A stretch of DNA of 64,000 bases from Perkinsus chesapeaki ATCC PRA-425 (lineage: Eukaryota; Protista; Perkinsozoa): the NCBI GenBank assembly GCA_013115145.1, contig JAAPAO010000068.1, positions 1 through 64,000 on the forward strand, given 5' to 3'. The translations under genes were made by a program, and so were the position numbers. Under the pieces are notes generated by a model. That model was not told the origin of the DNA. It ran no database searches and was given only the letters and a program-made list of their open reading frames with translations. Shown here piece by piece: positions 48,686 through 59,852 of this stretch. Each line of letters opens with the position of its first letter. Positions within the stretch are counted from its first letter, which is position 1.

Positions 48686-51318
48686 TCACTGATTTAGTGC
48701 TGAGACTGCCGGAGCTGAGCTCGAGGCTTCCGCGCTGCATGGGACAAGGCTGCCCGTAGCATAGGCTACCATCAGCTCCTTGATGCTTGCAAAAACCTGA
48801 GATGGGAGATCATCCAGCGGCTCGGGCGTCACTGGTTGTACGAAGTTGGGGAGAAGAGGGCTCTTTTTGAGCTGCTGCTCGTCGGTGCAACCGCTCATCA
48901 CCAGCGCACAATCGATGCCGTTCTCGATTGCCGTTCGGATGTCCGTGCCTGATAAGAACACGTAATGTCAGTTTATGACCGCTTGTTCTACCGAGCGAGT
49001 CCCCGACAAAGAGGACCGGTCCGAGCGCCGGTGATCGGCCGCGCATACGCTGTGAGAGAAGCCGTTGTCGGGCCATACGCAGCATGTGTGGATTAGGCTT
49101 ACCAAGGTTATAGGAGTCAGCGTTTGTGACCTAAGGCAGCTGATGAGAAAAGTACAATGACAACAGGGCTGAAGAAGCAGTCTGTATTAGTGAGCTGCGC
49201 TCTACTGGCTATCCCTAGAAGCTATCATTCAATGCTGGGAGATTGGAGTATTGGTACTTAAGGTATTCAAGTCCCGGCAGTCTTTGAGAATCTCAATAAC
49301 TAAGCTATCTCCAGTTGAGTTTGCTCAACAAGCTAATATATATAGCTCAGCCTAAACTATAATATGGGCGGGAGTACAGGAATATTTCAACACTGGACGA
49401 CAGTGACGTGCTACTTTTGATATCATCTCAACAGCAGGCATTGGCATGCCGAACTTGTAGCTGCCATCGGGAGTAACCTGGGAAGGATAGGTGAAGAAAC
49501 TGCGTGTAAGCGAGGGCCTACCTCATAGTAGTCTGGGCAGGTGTAGAGAAGTCTGGCGCCCTCCTGGACACAAGAGCACGCCCGCTCGACATATCGAGTG
49601 TTCTCGCTATGAACCTACCAGCAGCGCCTTATCGGGGACGCAGGTTCGATCCCCAGGTTGGGCGTTTACTTACCGAACCAATGAGGACATAATCTACTTC
49701 CTTAGGGGAGCGGCTTCGGCTCGTATCGCCGGTGATGACAGAATCCTCAGACAGACCGTGCTTAACAAATGCTTGCCGAACAGTGGATACCAGCCCGAAC
49801 TGTCGAGACAATTCCACGCATCGGAGGTCACTGTGCCCTACTTCGCCGATTATGAACACGACTCCGGTCCATCCATTGCTTATAAGCCGGGCAAAAAAGT
49901 CGGCAGCACCTGAAGCCTCTCTGAGCTGGTCATGGAGAGCGCCGCCCCACTGTTGGCAGCAGTATAAATTTGGCTCTCTCGTATGTTCACGCCTAGTATC
50001 CCTAAGAGCTTGAGGCTGAGCTCCTCGGTGGTGTAGCGACACTCGTTCGTTAGAAGCATGTACGGGATCTGCAATGCGATACGATGACTGCTCATCTTTC
50101 TTTCGTCACTTGTCCGGCGTTGAGCCGCGTGATAAACTCTCCCGCGCCCGGAATCGCATGCTCGCACTGGTGGAGGACACCATCCATGTCAAATAGAAAA
50201 CCGTGGTATCGACTAAGACGGCTCCACTTTTAAACGCAGCCACGCCGATCAACTTACTCGTGATGAAAGACCGTGCTGAGGGATGTGCTAGGGAACGATG
50301 CTCCAGCTATAATCCTGAAAACTTCGCTCCGCTAACATGGCAGGCAATAATTCAACGGCCTTACCTGTTGGTTTCGACTTCCATATCATCTGTATGGTCC
50401 CTCAGTACGCCCAAAAGGCCCTTGCAGGACTCATTGACAGGTCCCGCCTAAAGGAAATGAGTCACGCGCCACGAAATTCGTTTACTGTTACATTATCTTC
50501 GCCGTCAAAATCTTCCTCTGAAGGCGCGTGGCTCTTCCATTTGTTTCGCATTCGCCAAGTGATGTTTTCGACTCGCAGTGTGTCAATCTACCACAAAGAT
50601 AGCAGCTTATCCACAATAGTAGTATCAAATACAGAGCTACGGTCCAACATATACCCACTGGTGAAATGGTGACATGAGCGCATTGTTGTTCGATCAATAT
50701 GGTACTGTAAGAGTACATTTAGCCGTCTGAAACGTGCCTCAAAAACTCTTGAAAGTTGTTGGATGCGCGCGCGTCTCGTACGATACTTAACATTAGGAGC
50801 TGCAAGTCTATCCGAGTCTTCGTGGAAAGGTTAATGTTTCCTTCGCGAGTGTTTAGCTCCTCCAAAGTATATTTCATATAATCGGTAATAAAGTTCGTAA
50901 ATGGCATTCGCCTCTTCAATATGTTACGAACACTTTTTACAGTCATTTATTCAACTTTGTCTGTTGAGGTGTGTCATCGACTCTAAAAGGCGATTGGGCC
51001 GCTACATCAGCGTTGATGCCGGGACGCATCTCCCTTCTGTTGAGCATCGAACAAGTCCGCCAGAGGTCATCCATGACAGACAACTCTTGCCTTCGAACCT
51101 TCATCATCGTCACAAGCGACTATAAAAAGCAAGAATATTCAATGAACCGTTATAGCGGAGAGCAATAGTGCACCACCCCTCACCTTGCTCTTCAGAGCTA
51201 TCTCCATGCCTAGAGGAAGTCTCGGTTCGCCATTGTCCGTCGAATCCGATGAGGACGTCGTGCTGGCTGCGGAGGATAACCCTTGGACGCGCCTTTTTGA
51301 AACAGTGGATTCACACAT
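48686..51318 (-). CDS. HAD-superfamily subfamily IIA hydrolase (NagD-like) with a probable N-terminal extension
   Basis: Motif I GFLFDMDGVL, YMLLTN, NLGKPNPHM, motif IV FVGDSLGTDIRTAIENGIDCALVMSG. The upstream exons (start MCESTVSKRR at 51318) are less certain. Confidence 0.85.
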
Positions 51319-51576
51319 GAAAGAAAAACTGGTTCAATCTCGTATGAGGAAACCGCTGTAAGGCATTTATGTCGCTAAGGGCGTATTCGATTCACAACGA
51401 GCTTTATCGACTAACAGTCAACCTTCGAACAGGAACCCTTAGTATTCGAGCCCAATGCGTGCGATAGTAGGTATGGGTCCTTAAGGACCGCAGAACGAAA
51501 GATATAATATCACTCACTGAAATGTCTAACAGTAGGCAGATGATAAAGCGATAATGAGACATCAAGAGAGCTACCG

Positions 51577-52659
51577 TTACTCGAGGCTCTTCGATAGGTA
51601 GTAAGTTGTTATCAGGCAGGGCCTACCGTTCCTTCTTCTGGAACAGCCTAGATCTTCAAGCTCGTCATCGGAGACGTCGTCGTAGTCGTAGGAATTGCCA
51701 AAATAGGGGTCATCCTCTATGCAGTAGACAACGTCCTTATGGCCACAGGCAAACTGCCTCCCTCTCCCTCCACTAATGTGCGAATCGCTCCTACGCAAAT
51801 ACCAAGTGTTCCCTACAGACCGCAGCATGTCATCGCACAGTGTCAACCCTCTGGGTCCACGGTTTTGGTACTTGGTTACCGCGACGCGGGTGGATTCATC
51901 CAGAAAATGAACTTCCGACACAGAGTTGAGCTCAGTCGACGCGAAGGAGGTCTCGACTGCACGAAAACTCAGAGGCTCGTGGCGACTCCTCAATTTATAG
52001 GTATACAGGCTGAGCTCGTCCTTACAGTGCGACACCACCTGGGCAGACAGAGGATCTTCGTCGTTCACCATTAGGCAGCTCAATCTGCCCGCGGGTTCAG
52101 CGGGTTGTATCAGTTTGGCTTGCCCCCATTCGGAGTTGACGAGACGATCAATACAGAAGAGATGGCCGGGATCGAAGAGCACAAAGACGAAGTTGTCAGT
52201 GCAGGCCAGACTTGTCTTGGTTTCCCTGACGTGGTCCCTGGAGCCTGGCAGACCGGACACCTCCAGTGTGACGCCAGTGGATTCGGTTCCAGTATTCAAG
52301 TCGTAGTATATCAGCTTGCGATTGACATCAGAGAGGGCGAAGAGGAGGCACTTGGCTCTGTCATAGTAGTAGACGGCTTTACCTTTAAAACCAGGTTGTA
52401 ATACCATCACCTCCTCACCTCTCTCAAGAGGCTTTCTAATATATACACCAGTAGGAGTAGGATAGACACCAAGAAGCTCTTCATTCATAACAAATATAAA
52501 TGATGGTGATGGACTAACCAGAATCTCCTCTCGTGGACAGACTAGAGCAAGCTCCCTCTTTGCGAGGTGTGGGGCGAATTCGTTGGTCATATCAGGCAGA
52601 GGGCCATCCCCAGCAGCCTTCTCAAGCACCACCTCAAAAAGCCGCAAGTCTAGCACCAT
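51577..52659 (-). CDS. Tandem-array family member 1 (intronless; ancestral start broken by TAG)
   Basis: 360-aa ORF sharing CPREEILVSPSPSFIFVMNEELLGVYPTPTG with its neighbours. Confidence 0.85.
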   Translation of the reverse strand: MVLDLRLFEVVLEKAAGDGPLPDMTNEFAPHLAKRELALVCPREEILVSPSPSFIFVMNEELLGVYPTPTGVYIRKPLERGEEVMVLQPGFKGKAVYYYDRAKCLLFALSDVNRKLIYYDLNTGTESTGVTLEVSGLPGSRDHVRETKTSLACTDNFVFVLFDPGHLFCIDRLVNSEWGQAKLIQPAEPAGRLSCLMVNDEDPLSAQVVSHCKDELSLYTYKLRSRHEPLSFRAVETSFASTELNSVSEVHFLDESTRVAVTKYQNRGPRGLTLCDDMLRSVGNTWYLRRSDSHISGGRGRQFACGHKDVVYCIEDDPYFGNSYDYDDVSDDELEDLGCSRRRNGRPCLITTYYLSKSLE

Positions 52660-52896
52660 AGCATGGGCAGGCTACTTCATGAGGTACGGTAAGAAAGACA
52701 ATCCTATATGCAGCTTACAATGATTACATGCGCGGTGCTTCTAGAAACACTCAGATCTTGTTATTATAACAGAAAACACAACACTGAGTAAAGCTAGTAA
52801 AAAAGTGCTTCAGCGTGCTGTCGGTAGTCAATGGTCCTTTATATATTAAAACGTTCAGCTTGAGGGAGAATTGGGTTGGCAATCTTACAGTAGATA

Positions 52897-54222
52897 TCAG
52901 GGATCCATATACATGTAATAAGCTGTAATTTTACATGATGCAGAACACCGACGCCTTTTGAAGGCGCGCCCCGCTGTATGCCACGTAGGCCTATATGCCC
53001 TTGGGAAAGTTAGCCGACTACTAGTTGATCTCACGTAAGACACAACACTGCTGCTGTCTTCGTTTAGCTCTAGTTCTTCATCTTCATCATCTTCATCTTC
53101 ATCATCTTCATCTTCATCTTCCTCGTCATCATCTTCACTGTCTTCATCGTCATCGCTGTGTTCATCGGAGTCCATATCATATTCATTATAGCCTTCGTTA
53201 TAGACGTAGGAGGCTCTGTTGGGGCGGGCGGAGTCACTGGGCAGTGACGCACTATATAGAATATCTTTTCCACCGTAGACCATCTGACGACACTTGCTGT
53301 AGTAAGTATCATACAGCTTGGCTTTGGGACCGAAATGCTTCGTCGGAGGGTGGTACACATGCATATAGGCATCGATTTCGACTTCGACTCGCCTGAACGT
53401 CCGAGTCCTCAAAGCCAGCATATCATCGCCGATAGGATAAACGTCGCAGACGTGTTCGGAACCAGAGTACCCCGGAGGGGCTAGCTGCTCATTTGACACT
53501 TCTCGAAAGCAGAGAGGCTCCATTCGGTGCCTCATCGAAATCTTCAGCAGCCTCCATGTATTAGCGCGCGCGCTGCCAACCACCATGACGCTCAACGGGT
53601 CCTTAGAATCAGCTACTAGGGAGCAGCCTGTGAGCGGGGTGGACTCGGAAGACCATATCAACTTGGCTTGTGCAGATTCACCTATGGCTTCACGGTCGAT
53701 ACAGAAAAGTCTATTGTTGCCAAGCAAGATAAAAACGAAAACTTTGGTGAGGAGCATGCTTGTGGGTTCTGGACGGGATGCATGGTGTTCAATTAAGCCG
53801 TGAACTTTGATGGTAGATTTGGATTTAGGTCCGACTGATAAATCGTACTGGTTGAGCTTCCGCATATCATCATGTAGAATAAACAAGTGGTGGTTCTTGC
53901 TGTCATAATAGTAGACTACTTCACCTTTAAAGCCAGGCTTTAAGACCATAACTTGCTCATCTCCTTTAAGAGGCTTTTTAATATGTAAACCATTACCGGT
54001 AGGATAAACACCAAGAAGCTCTTCATTCATAACAAATACGAATGATGGTGCCGCGCTTGCCAGAATCTCCTCTCGTGGACAGTCCAGTGTGAGTTCCCTC
54101 TTTCCAAGGTGTGGGGCGAACTCGTGAAGCATATCCGGCAGAGGGCCATTCCCAGCAGCCTTTTCGAGCATCTTATTGAACAAGCGCAGCTCTAGTGCCA
54201 TAACATGTGGAGGCAGTCTCAT
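52897..54222 (-). CDS. Tandem-array family member 2 (with acidic tract)
   Basis: 441-aa intronless ORF, N-terminus MRLPPHVMALEL, D/E-rich insert. Confidence 0.9.
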   Translation of the reverse strand: MRLPPHVMALELRLFNKMLEKAAGNGPLPDMLHEFAPHLGKRELTLDCPREEILASAAPSFVFVMNEELLGVYPTGNGLHIKKPLKGDEQVMVLKPGFKGEVVYYYDSKNHHLFILHDDMRKLNQYDLSVGPKSKSTIKVHGLIEHHASRPEPTSMLLTKVFVFILLGNNRLFCIDREAIGESAQAKLIWSSESTPLTGCSLVADSKDPLSVMVVGSARANTWRLLKISMRHRMEPLCFREVSNEQLAPPGYSGSEHVCDVYPIGDDMLALRTRTFRRVEVEIDAYMHVYHPPTKHFGPKAKLYDTYYSKCRQMVYGGKDILYSASLPSDSARPNRASYVYNEGYNEYDMDSDEHSDDDEDSEDDDEEDEDEDDEDEDDEDEELELNEDSSSVVSYVRSTSSRLTFPRAYRPTWHTAGRAFKRRRCSASCKITAYYMYMDP

Positions 54223-54544
54223 TGTAAGGGGTTAAGATTTGTCTATTGGCTGAAATGAGAAGCTTGGAAATGCATCCGGGACATCGCGAAGAATATCAGA
54301 CATAACGTGAAGTCTACCAGTCGCTAACATCCGCTACTAGTGATAGCTGAGCACTATGTGTGACTAAAGCACTGTCCGCTCCTAGCCAGGTCGACCGCTT
54401 GCATAGGTTCCACCAACTCAACAAGCTATTAAGCATAATGAAAGTCATAAAAGTACAGCCATTGAATTGTAATGAACCCATACAATACCCCTTAAGGCTC
54501 AGGGTTAGGCTACAGTAGGATGATAACGTGCATCTTCAAAGCCA

Positions 54545-55654
54545 CTAGTCCTTGTACACGTAATACGTTGTTATCTTGCACGACGAGGCCTGTCGCTGCC
54601 TTTTGTTAGGGCAACCATTGTTGCCAGCGAATCCTGGGTAATCACGCGCTCGAGTCAACTGAGCAGCGGTATCTCCTACAGCGAGAGAATAAATAATATC
54701 GTTTCCGCCGCAGACCACTTGCTTAGTCTTGTTGTAGTAGCCGTCAAATGCCCCGGAGGCGGGACCCAAGACTTTAAGGGAGGAATCGATGAAGTGAAGA
54801 TTAAGCCCTACACGGGTACCACCGAGAGATAGCATTGTCGCCACGATTAAGTCACTGGACAGGGGAAAGATGTGAAGGACTCTGTGGGCGACGTCCACGT
54901 CGGTAGCCGGCGCCATTTCGTCGCTCACCGCACGGAAATAAAGGGGATCTTTTCGGTACTTCAACTCGAAGCGTATTCGCGTCCACCTGTAGTCCGAAGC
55001 GAAGCCCAGTAAAGTAACACCGAGGGCATCACTTCCATGGAGTGACAAGCAGCACTCGCTAAGACCATCGCCTTCGGCGCACCAAATACTTCTGGCCTGC
55101 GCGTAGCTACCTACATCTGCACGATCGACACAGAACAACCGATCGGACGTATCCAGTATGAAAAAGAATTCGTCAGTGCAGATCATCTGAGGCTTCCGTC
55201 CAGTCAACCCGTCGCAGTCTTTATGGAGACCATGGACATCAATGCTGGAAATGGCCTCAGGTTCAGCTGATAAGTCGTACTGGTGGAGCTTCCGCATATC
55301 ATCATGTAGAATAAACAAGTGGTTGTTCTTGCTGTCATAATAGTAGACTGCTTCACCTTTAAAGCCAGGCTTTAAGACCATAACTTGCTCAACTCCTTTA
55401 AAAGGCTTTTTAATATGTAAACCATTACCGGTAGGATAAACACCAAGAAGCTCTTCATTCATAACAAATACGAATGATGGTGATGGACTAACTAGAATCT
55501 CCTCTCGTGGACAGTCTAGTGTGAGTTCCCTCTTTCCGAGGTGTGGGGCGAACTCGTGAAGCATATCCGGCGGAGGGCCATTCCCAGCAGCCTTTTCGAG
55601 CATCTTGTGGAATAGGCGTAGCTCTAGTGCCATAACATGTGGAGGCAGTCTCAT
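54545..55654 (-). CDS. Tandem-array family member 3
   Basis: 369-aa intronless ORF whose first ~130 aa are near-identical to member 2. Confidence 0.9.
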   Translation of the reverse strand: MRLPPHVMALELRLFHKMLEKAAGNGPPPDMLHEFAPHLGKRELTLDCPREEILVSPSPSFVFVMNEELLGVYPTGNGLHIKKPFKGVEQVMVLKPGFKGEAVYYYDSKNNHLFILHDDMRKLHQYDLSAEPEAISSIDVHGLHKDCDGLTGRKPQMICTDEFFFILDTSDRLFCVDRADVGSYAQARSIWCAEGDGLSECCLSLHGSDALGVTLLGFASDYRWTRIRFELKYRKDPLYFRAVSDEMAPATDVDVAHRVLHIFPLSSDLIVATMLSLGGTRVGLNLHFIDSSLKVLGPASGAFDGYYNKTKQVVCGGNDIIYSLAVGDTAAQLTRARDYPGFAGNNGCPNKRQRQASSCKITTYYVYKD

Positions 55655-55935
55655 TATTCAGATGATAGGAGTAGCCGACTACAACCGGAACTTCACGAAT
55701 AAGCAACGAACAATTCTAAACGATTTACATTTCCTGAAGGTTCGGAGGCGACTGTTCAAGAAATCTCTTAATGCTGTCAAACCCGTCGCTGAAGGCAAAG
55801 AAAAATCTATTGCTAGCCGTGGAAACTCGGGGGGTCATTTGACACCGATGGCGCCTTTGCACAGCGCTAGTAACTCAACAGGGATTGATGTAGAAAAATA
55901 TTGGTACCGTAACTTATCGCTTCCTAATTCAAATA

Positions 55936-57039
55936 TTATCTATAAACGTAGCAAGTGGCGACTCGACACCCTGTGGAGAATTCTATTCGATCAAGTCGAG
56001 ACTCGGCAGTCTCAGCAGCATCAGGATCGAAGTCATCCGGTATATAGCACTCAGCCAAAGTGTTGTCCTCTCTGCGAAGGTAGATCAAATCTCCCGGGCC
56101 CAGTACGATCTGCATGCCCTGTACCTTGATATAGTCACTGGTGGTGAGGCTGAGGGCCTTTCCCATAGGGCGCAGAGACCGACTATAAAGTGTGAGACAG
56201 CAGTTGATTTCTCCAGGTCGTCGGCTGACCACTCCGTAGAACAGGCCGTCTACATCGATAACCAATATTATATCCGCGGCTCTACCGTTATTTACCAAGA
56301 CCAAATTGAAGTCGTCAACAGCATAGTCAAAATACAAAGGACACTTCCGCCTTTTCAACTTCAAAGTGTGGACAGAGTTCCGGTTGTAGCCAAGCATGAC
56401 CACTTTTATCGCTTCGGGATCATTGGGAACCGACAGCAACATCCGCCTGGTGCCATTTTCCGAGTTGTAAACGAGCTTGGCTTGAGCAGTCTCACGGATG
56501 TCTGAGCGATCGATACAGAAGAGATGGCCCGATGAAAAGAGGATAAAGACGAACTCGTCGGTGAGCTTCATGTCCAAGGGAGATTTGCTGGACGTCGAGC
56601 CCCGTGGTAATCCGAGGACTTCACTCGAAACACCGTTGCCTGCTAGCCCATCTGCGAGGTTATACTGTATCAGCTTGCGGTTGCCTTCGCAGAGGATATA
56701 TAGCTGGCGCTTCTCGACGTTATAGTAGTGAACGGACATGTCTTTAAAAGCAGGTTGTAATACCATCACCTCCTCACCTCTCTCAAGAGGCTTTCTAATA
56801 TATACACCAGTAGGAGTAGGATAAACACCAAGAAGCTCTTCATTCATAACAAATATAAATGATGGTGATGGACTAACCAGAATCTCCTCTCGTGGACAGT
56901 CTAGTGTGCAGTCCCGAGTTCCCAAGAACTCCGTATAAGGCTCGCCGACTTCCGGTAGCGCTCCGAGCCTGCCCGACTTCTCCAAAAGAACCTCGAACAC
57001 CCGATGCTCCAACGCCATTACGTGAGCGGGCGTCTTCAT
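55936..57039 (-). CDS. Tandem-array family member 4
   Basis: Intronless ORF with homologous start MKTPAHVMALE. Confidence 0.9.
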   Translation of the reverse strand: MKTPAHVMALEHRVFEVLLEKSGRLGALPEVGEPYTEFLGTRDCTLDCPREEILVSPSPSFIFVMNEELLGVYPTPTGVYIRKPLERGEEVMVLQPAFKDMSVHYYNVEKRQLYILCEGNRKLIQYNLADGLAGNGVSSEVLGLPRGSTSSKSPLDMKLTDEFVFILFSSGHLFCIDRSDIRETAQAKLVYNSENGTRRMLLSVPNDPEAIKVVMLGYNRNSVHTLKLKRRKCPLYFDYAVDDFNLVLVNNGRAADIILVIDVDGLFYGVVSRRPGEINCCLTLYSRSLRPMGKALSLTTSDYIKVQGMQIVLGPGDLIYLRREDNTLAECYIPDDFDPDAAETAESRLDRIEFSTGCRVATCYVYR

Positions 57040-58203
57040 AATCAATAACGCTCGCAAACTAAAAAACCAAGTGTAGCGTAGCTCTGTTTACACTGACTAT
57101 GGCGAGAGCACGATCGCCTTCATGTCAGAGACGCTACCACAAAAATTGGCAGCATTCCAGAAAACTGGCATCTCTCGACTCGATTGTTCAATAGCAAAGC
57201 TTTGAGGCTCAAATCAAGCAGATCTCCCAATGAACGACGACAGGTAGCTAATCCGCATCTGTGGTCGGTAGACTAGCCTCACCGATCCGCCAAGGAAACA
57301 CAATAGCTGCTCATCTGGGGATGAAACTATTAATAAGAGACCATGCAGGAGGGAGAGTACTGCACAAGCCCGATTGACGGGGAAGTTGCTTTGCAAACCT
57401 GTCGGGACTGTGAGCGATCTTGTTGATCCCAGCAACCCTCACCTCAGTATCAGGCCTTGTATGATAATACGAAACCAAATCCGGAATTACTCCGGCGGAG
57501 TAATCCATCACTGTTATCAATTAAGACAGAATAAAGCTATCGGAAGATCTGTTGCTCGCTTCAGGCCACTGTGTCCGATTCCTCATCAATACTTTCGAGA
57601 GGTAAAAACGCAGTACCTCCGTGGCAACATAGAATTATCGCTACTACTAGAAGATTGAATATTTCTTTGGCCGACTACAAGTCTCGCAATTCTACGGTTT
57701 CATCGTCAAGTGTGTCATATTGTTCACTCACCACCGCTCAAGTACGACAGCACAGAAGACTACAACGTCCTTAGTCTTGCGAGGACTTCGCTAGTGCGTG
57801 TTGTAGTTCCTTCTTTGTTAGCTGCGCTAGCTGGATGTCAAACGTAAGCAAACAAGTATACGGGAGCCGGAAAGTAAAAGAATTACAAGGGGACCAGATA
57901 CAGTGGAGAGGTAGAGGCAGCTAATTGGGTTGCTGACCGCCTCACGGCGCGCGTGGCATGGTAGGGGTGCGCGGCTGAGTAGCGCCTATACCGGCTCCCC
58001 AGGCTTCTTATCATATTTTATCTGTGCCACTCAGACTAGGTAGTAGTAATGCGATGACGTTATCAACCAATACAGAAACATTAACACTATAATGCTAGTA
58101 CAAATAGAATGACTTTAATCGATCGTATGGCCATTGAAAATACAACGCACCAGCAACATGGAAAGCTGCCAATTAAAAAAGTAACAAATATCTACAACCG
58201 TCC

Positions 58204-59358
58204 TCACGACACCATATAGGGATAATAGACGCTGATTCGCTTCGATTGTTCCCTACCAACATAGTCTCGCACCGTTTCCACCATATCTACTGTGTCGTGG
58301 TCGCTAACATAACTCCCCTCGCTGTCAGAGCTCCACTCGTCCTCAGGCATAAATGACGGCGAGAAGGAGCTGTCATCTCGGAGGATATAAATGACGCCGT
58401 TCGGACCAGATACTATTTGCATGTCCCTCGCATCCACGTACTCCGGTGATAGGATGACCGGATCCCCGATGAACCGGAACATCCTATCCCGCAGCTCAAG
58501 CCAGCACTCCCGAGGCCTACCGTCCACGTTGTGATAGGTGGCTAATGCATAGATATTATCGTCAATAGGGTAGACCATACAGAGCCGAGCGCCGAAGGGG
58601 TCATCATGGTAGAGGTCGTGGGCCTGGTGTGGACGCTCCTTGAAATAGAGAGGGGCCCGGCGACTTTTCATCCTCAAACGCACCACAGTGACACCGGTAC
58701 GATTTCTCAACAGGACACGGAGGCCCTTCGGATACGTCGGGCTCACCAACAGCTGCTCGGCCCGGAATCTGGCACGCCCATTGGACCATATGAGATGGGC
58801 CTGCACACTCCTCCGGGGATGAGAGCGATCGATGCAGAATACATGGCGAAAACCGAACAGAGTGAAAATGAAGGGGCCGCTGCAGACCATCTGGAGGGCA
58901 CTCCGCCTGTAGTCGGAGGCCCTGGGCAAGCCGAGCACCTCCATGATCGGATGTGGCGGTCTATCAGGTTGAAGCTTGTAGTGGATCAATCCACGGTTAC
59001 GATTGCACAGCACCACCAGGCATTTGCGCTTGCTGTCATAGTAGTAGACGGCATTACCTTTAAAACCAGGTTGTAATACCATAACCTCCTCACCTCTCTC
59101 AAGAGGCTTTCTAATATATACACCAGTAGGAGTAGGATAAACACCAAGAAGCTCTTCATCCATAACAAATATAAATGATGGTGATGGACTAACCAGAATC
59201 TCCTCTCGTGGACAGTCTAGTGTGCAGTCCCGAATTCCCAAGAACTCCGTATAAGGCTCGCCGACCAGCTCTGTCACCGCACTGCCTCCACCGCGTGACT
59301 CCAATACGGCCTCGAACAGCCGCAGATCCAGCGCCAACGCATGAGACGGCAATATCAT
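58204..59358 (-). CDS. Tandem-array family member 5
   Basis: 384-aa intronless ORF, MILPSHALALDL. Confidence 0.9.
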   Translation of the reverse strand: MILPSHALALDLRLFEAVLESRGGGSAVTELVGEPYTEFLGIRDCTLDCPREEILVSPSPSFIFVMDEELLGVYPTPTGVYIRKPLERGEEVMVLQPGFKGNAVYYYDSKRKCLVVLCNRNRGLIHYKLQPDRPPHPIMEVLGLPRASDYRRSALQMVCSGPFIFTLFGFRHVFCIDRSHPRRSVQAHLIWSNGRARFRAEQLLVSPTYPKGLRVLLRNRTGVTVVRLRMKSRRAPLYFKERPHQAHDLYHDDPFGARLCMVYPIDDNIYALATYHNVDGRPRECWLELRDRMFRFIGDPVILSPEYVDARDMQIVSGPNGVIYILRDDSSFSPSFMPEDEWSSDSEGSYVSDHDTVDMVETVRDYVGREQSKRISVYYPYMVS

Positions 59359-59852
59359 TTATAAGCCCCTCCTACACAGTAGCTCATCGGTATTAGTAGT
59401 GCGCCATACAACAATCCCGAGAAATTATGCCCCGATGCCCCGATGATGACAATGAAATGATTGTTCGGAAGGAGGTAGAGCAGAAAGCTGTACGTGATTA
59501 AGCTCTAATAGTTGCATCTGACGCTCCTCCGACTGCCATCGCATCATACGACAATTTATTCCAAAACGAACGCGACTTCCCTGAGATTACTACCACACAC
59601 AGTTCTGCAAGGAGCATTGCTGCCTTATGGCCTCCAATCAAAGGAGTTTCTCTTGCCATAATCCATCTGCCTCTAATGAGATCCAAGTCGAGTATAAAGA
59701 ATTACCCGACATCTGTGGCCACGGTCGGCTATATACACGAGCCGGTCCGGCAAACTCCTAGGCTCTTCGCCAGCTCGCCTACAATAAGTACGCGAGCAAC
59801 CGAAGAGCATTTCACAATAACTCAAGGGAAGATGAGGGAAACTGAAATAACA

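Noticed and set aside
10788-52674. Stop-codon reassignment (in-frame TGA at 10790, TAG at 52674)
   Set aside because: Conserved genes here end normally on TAA, TAG and TGA with no internal stops. Both cases are in duplicated copies and are better explained as nonsense mutations.
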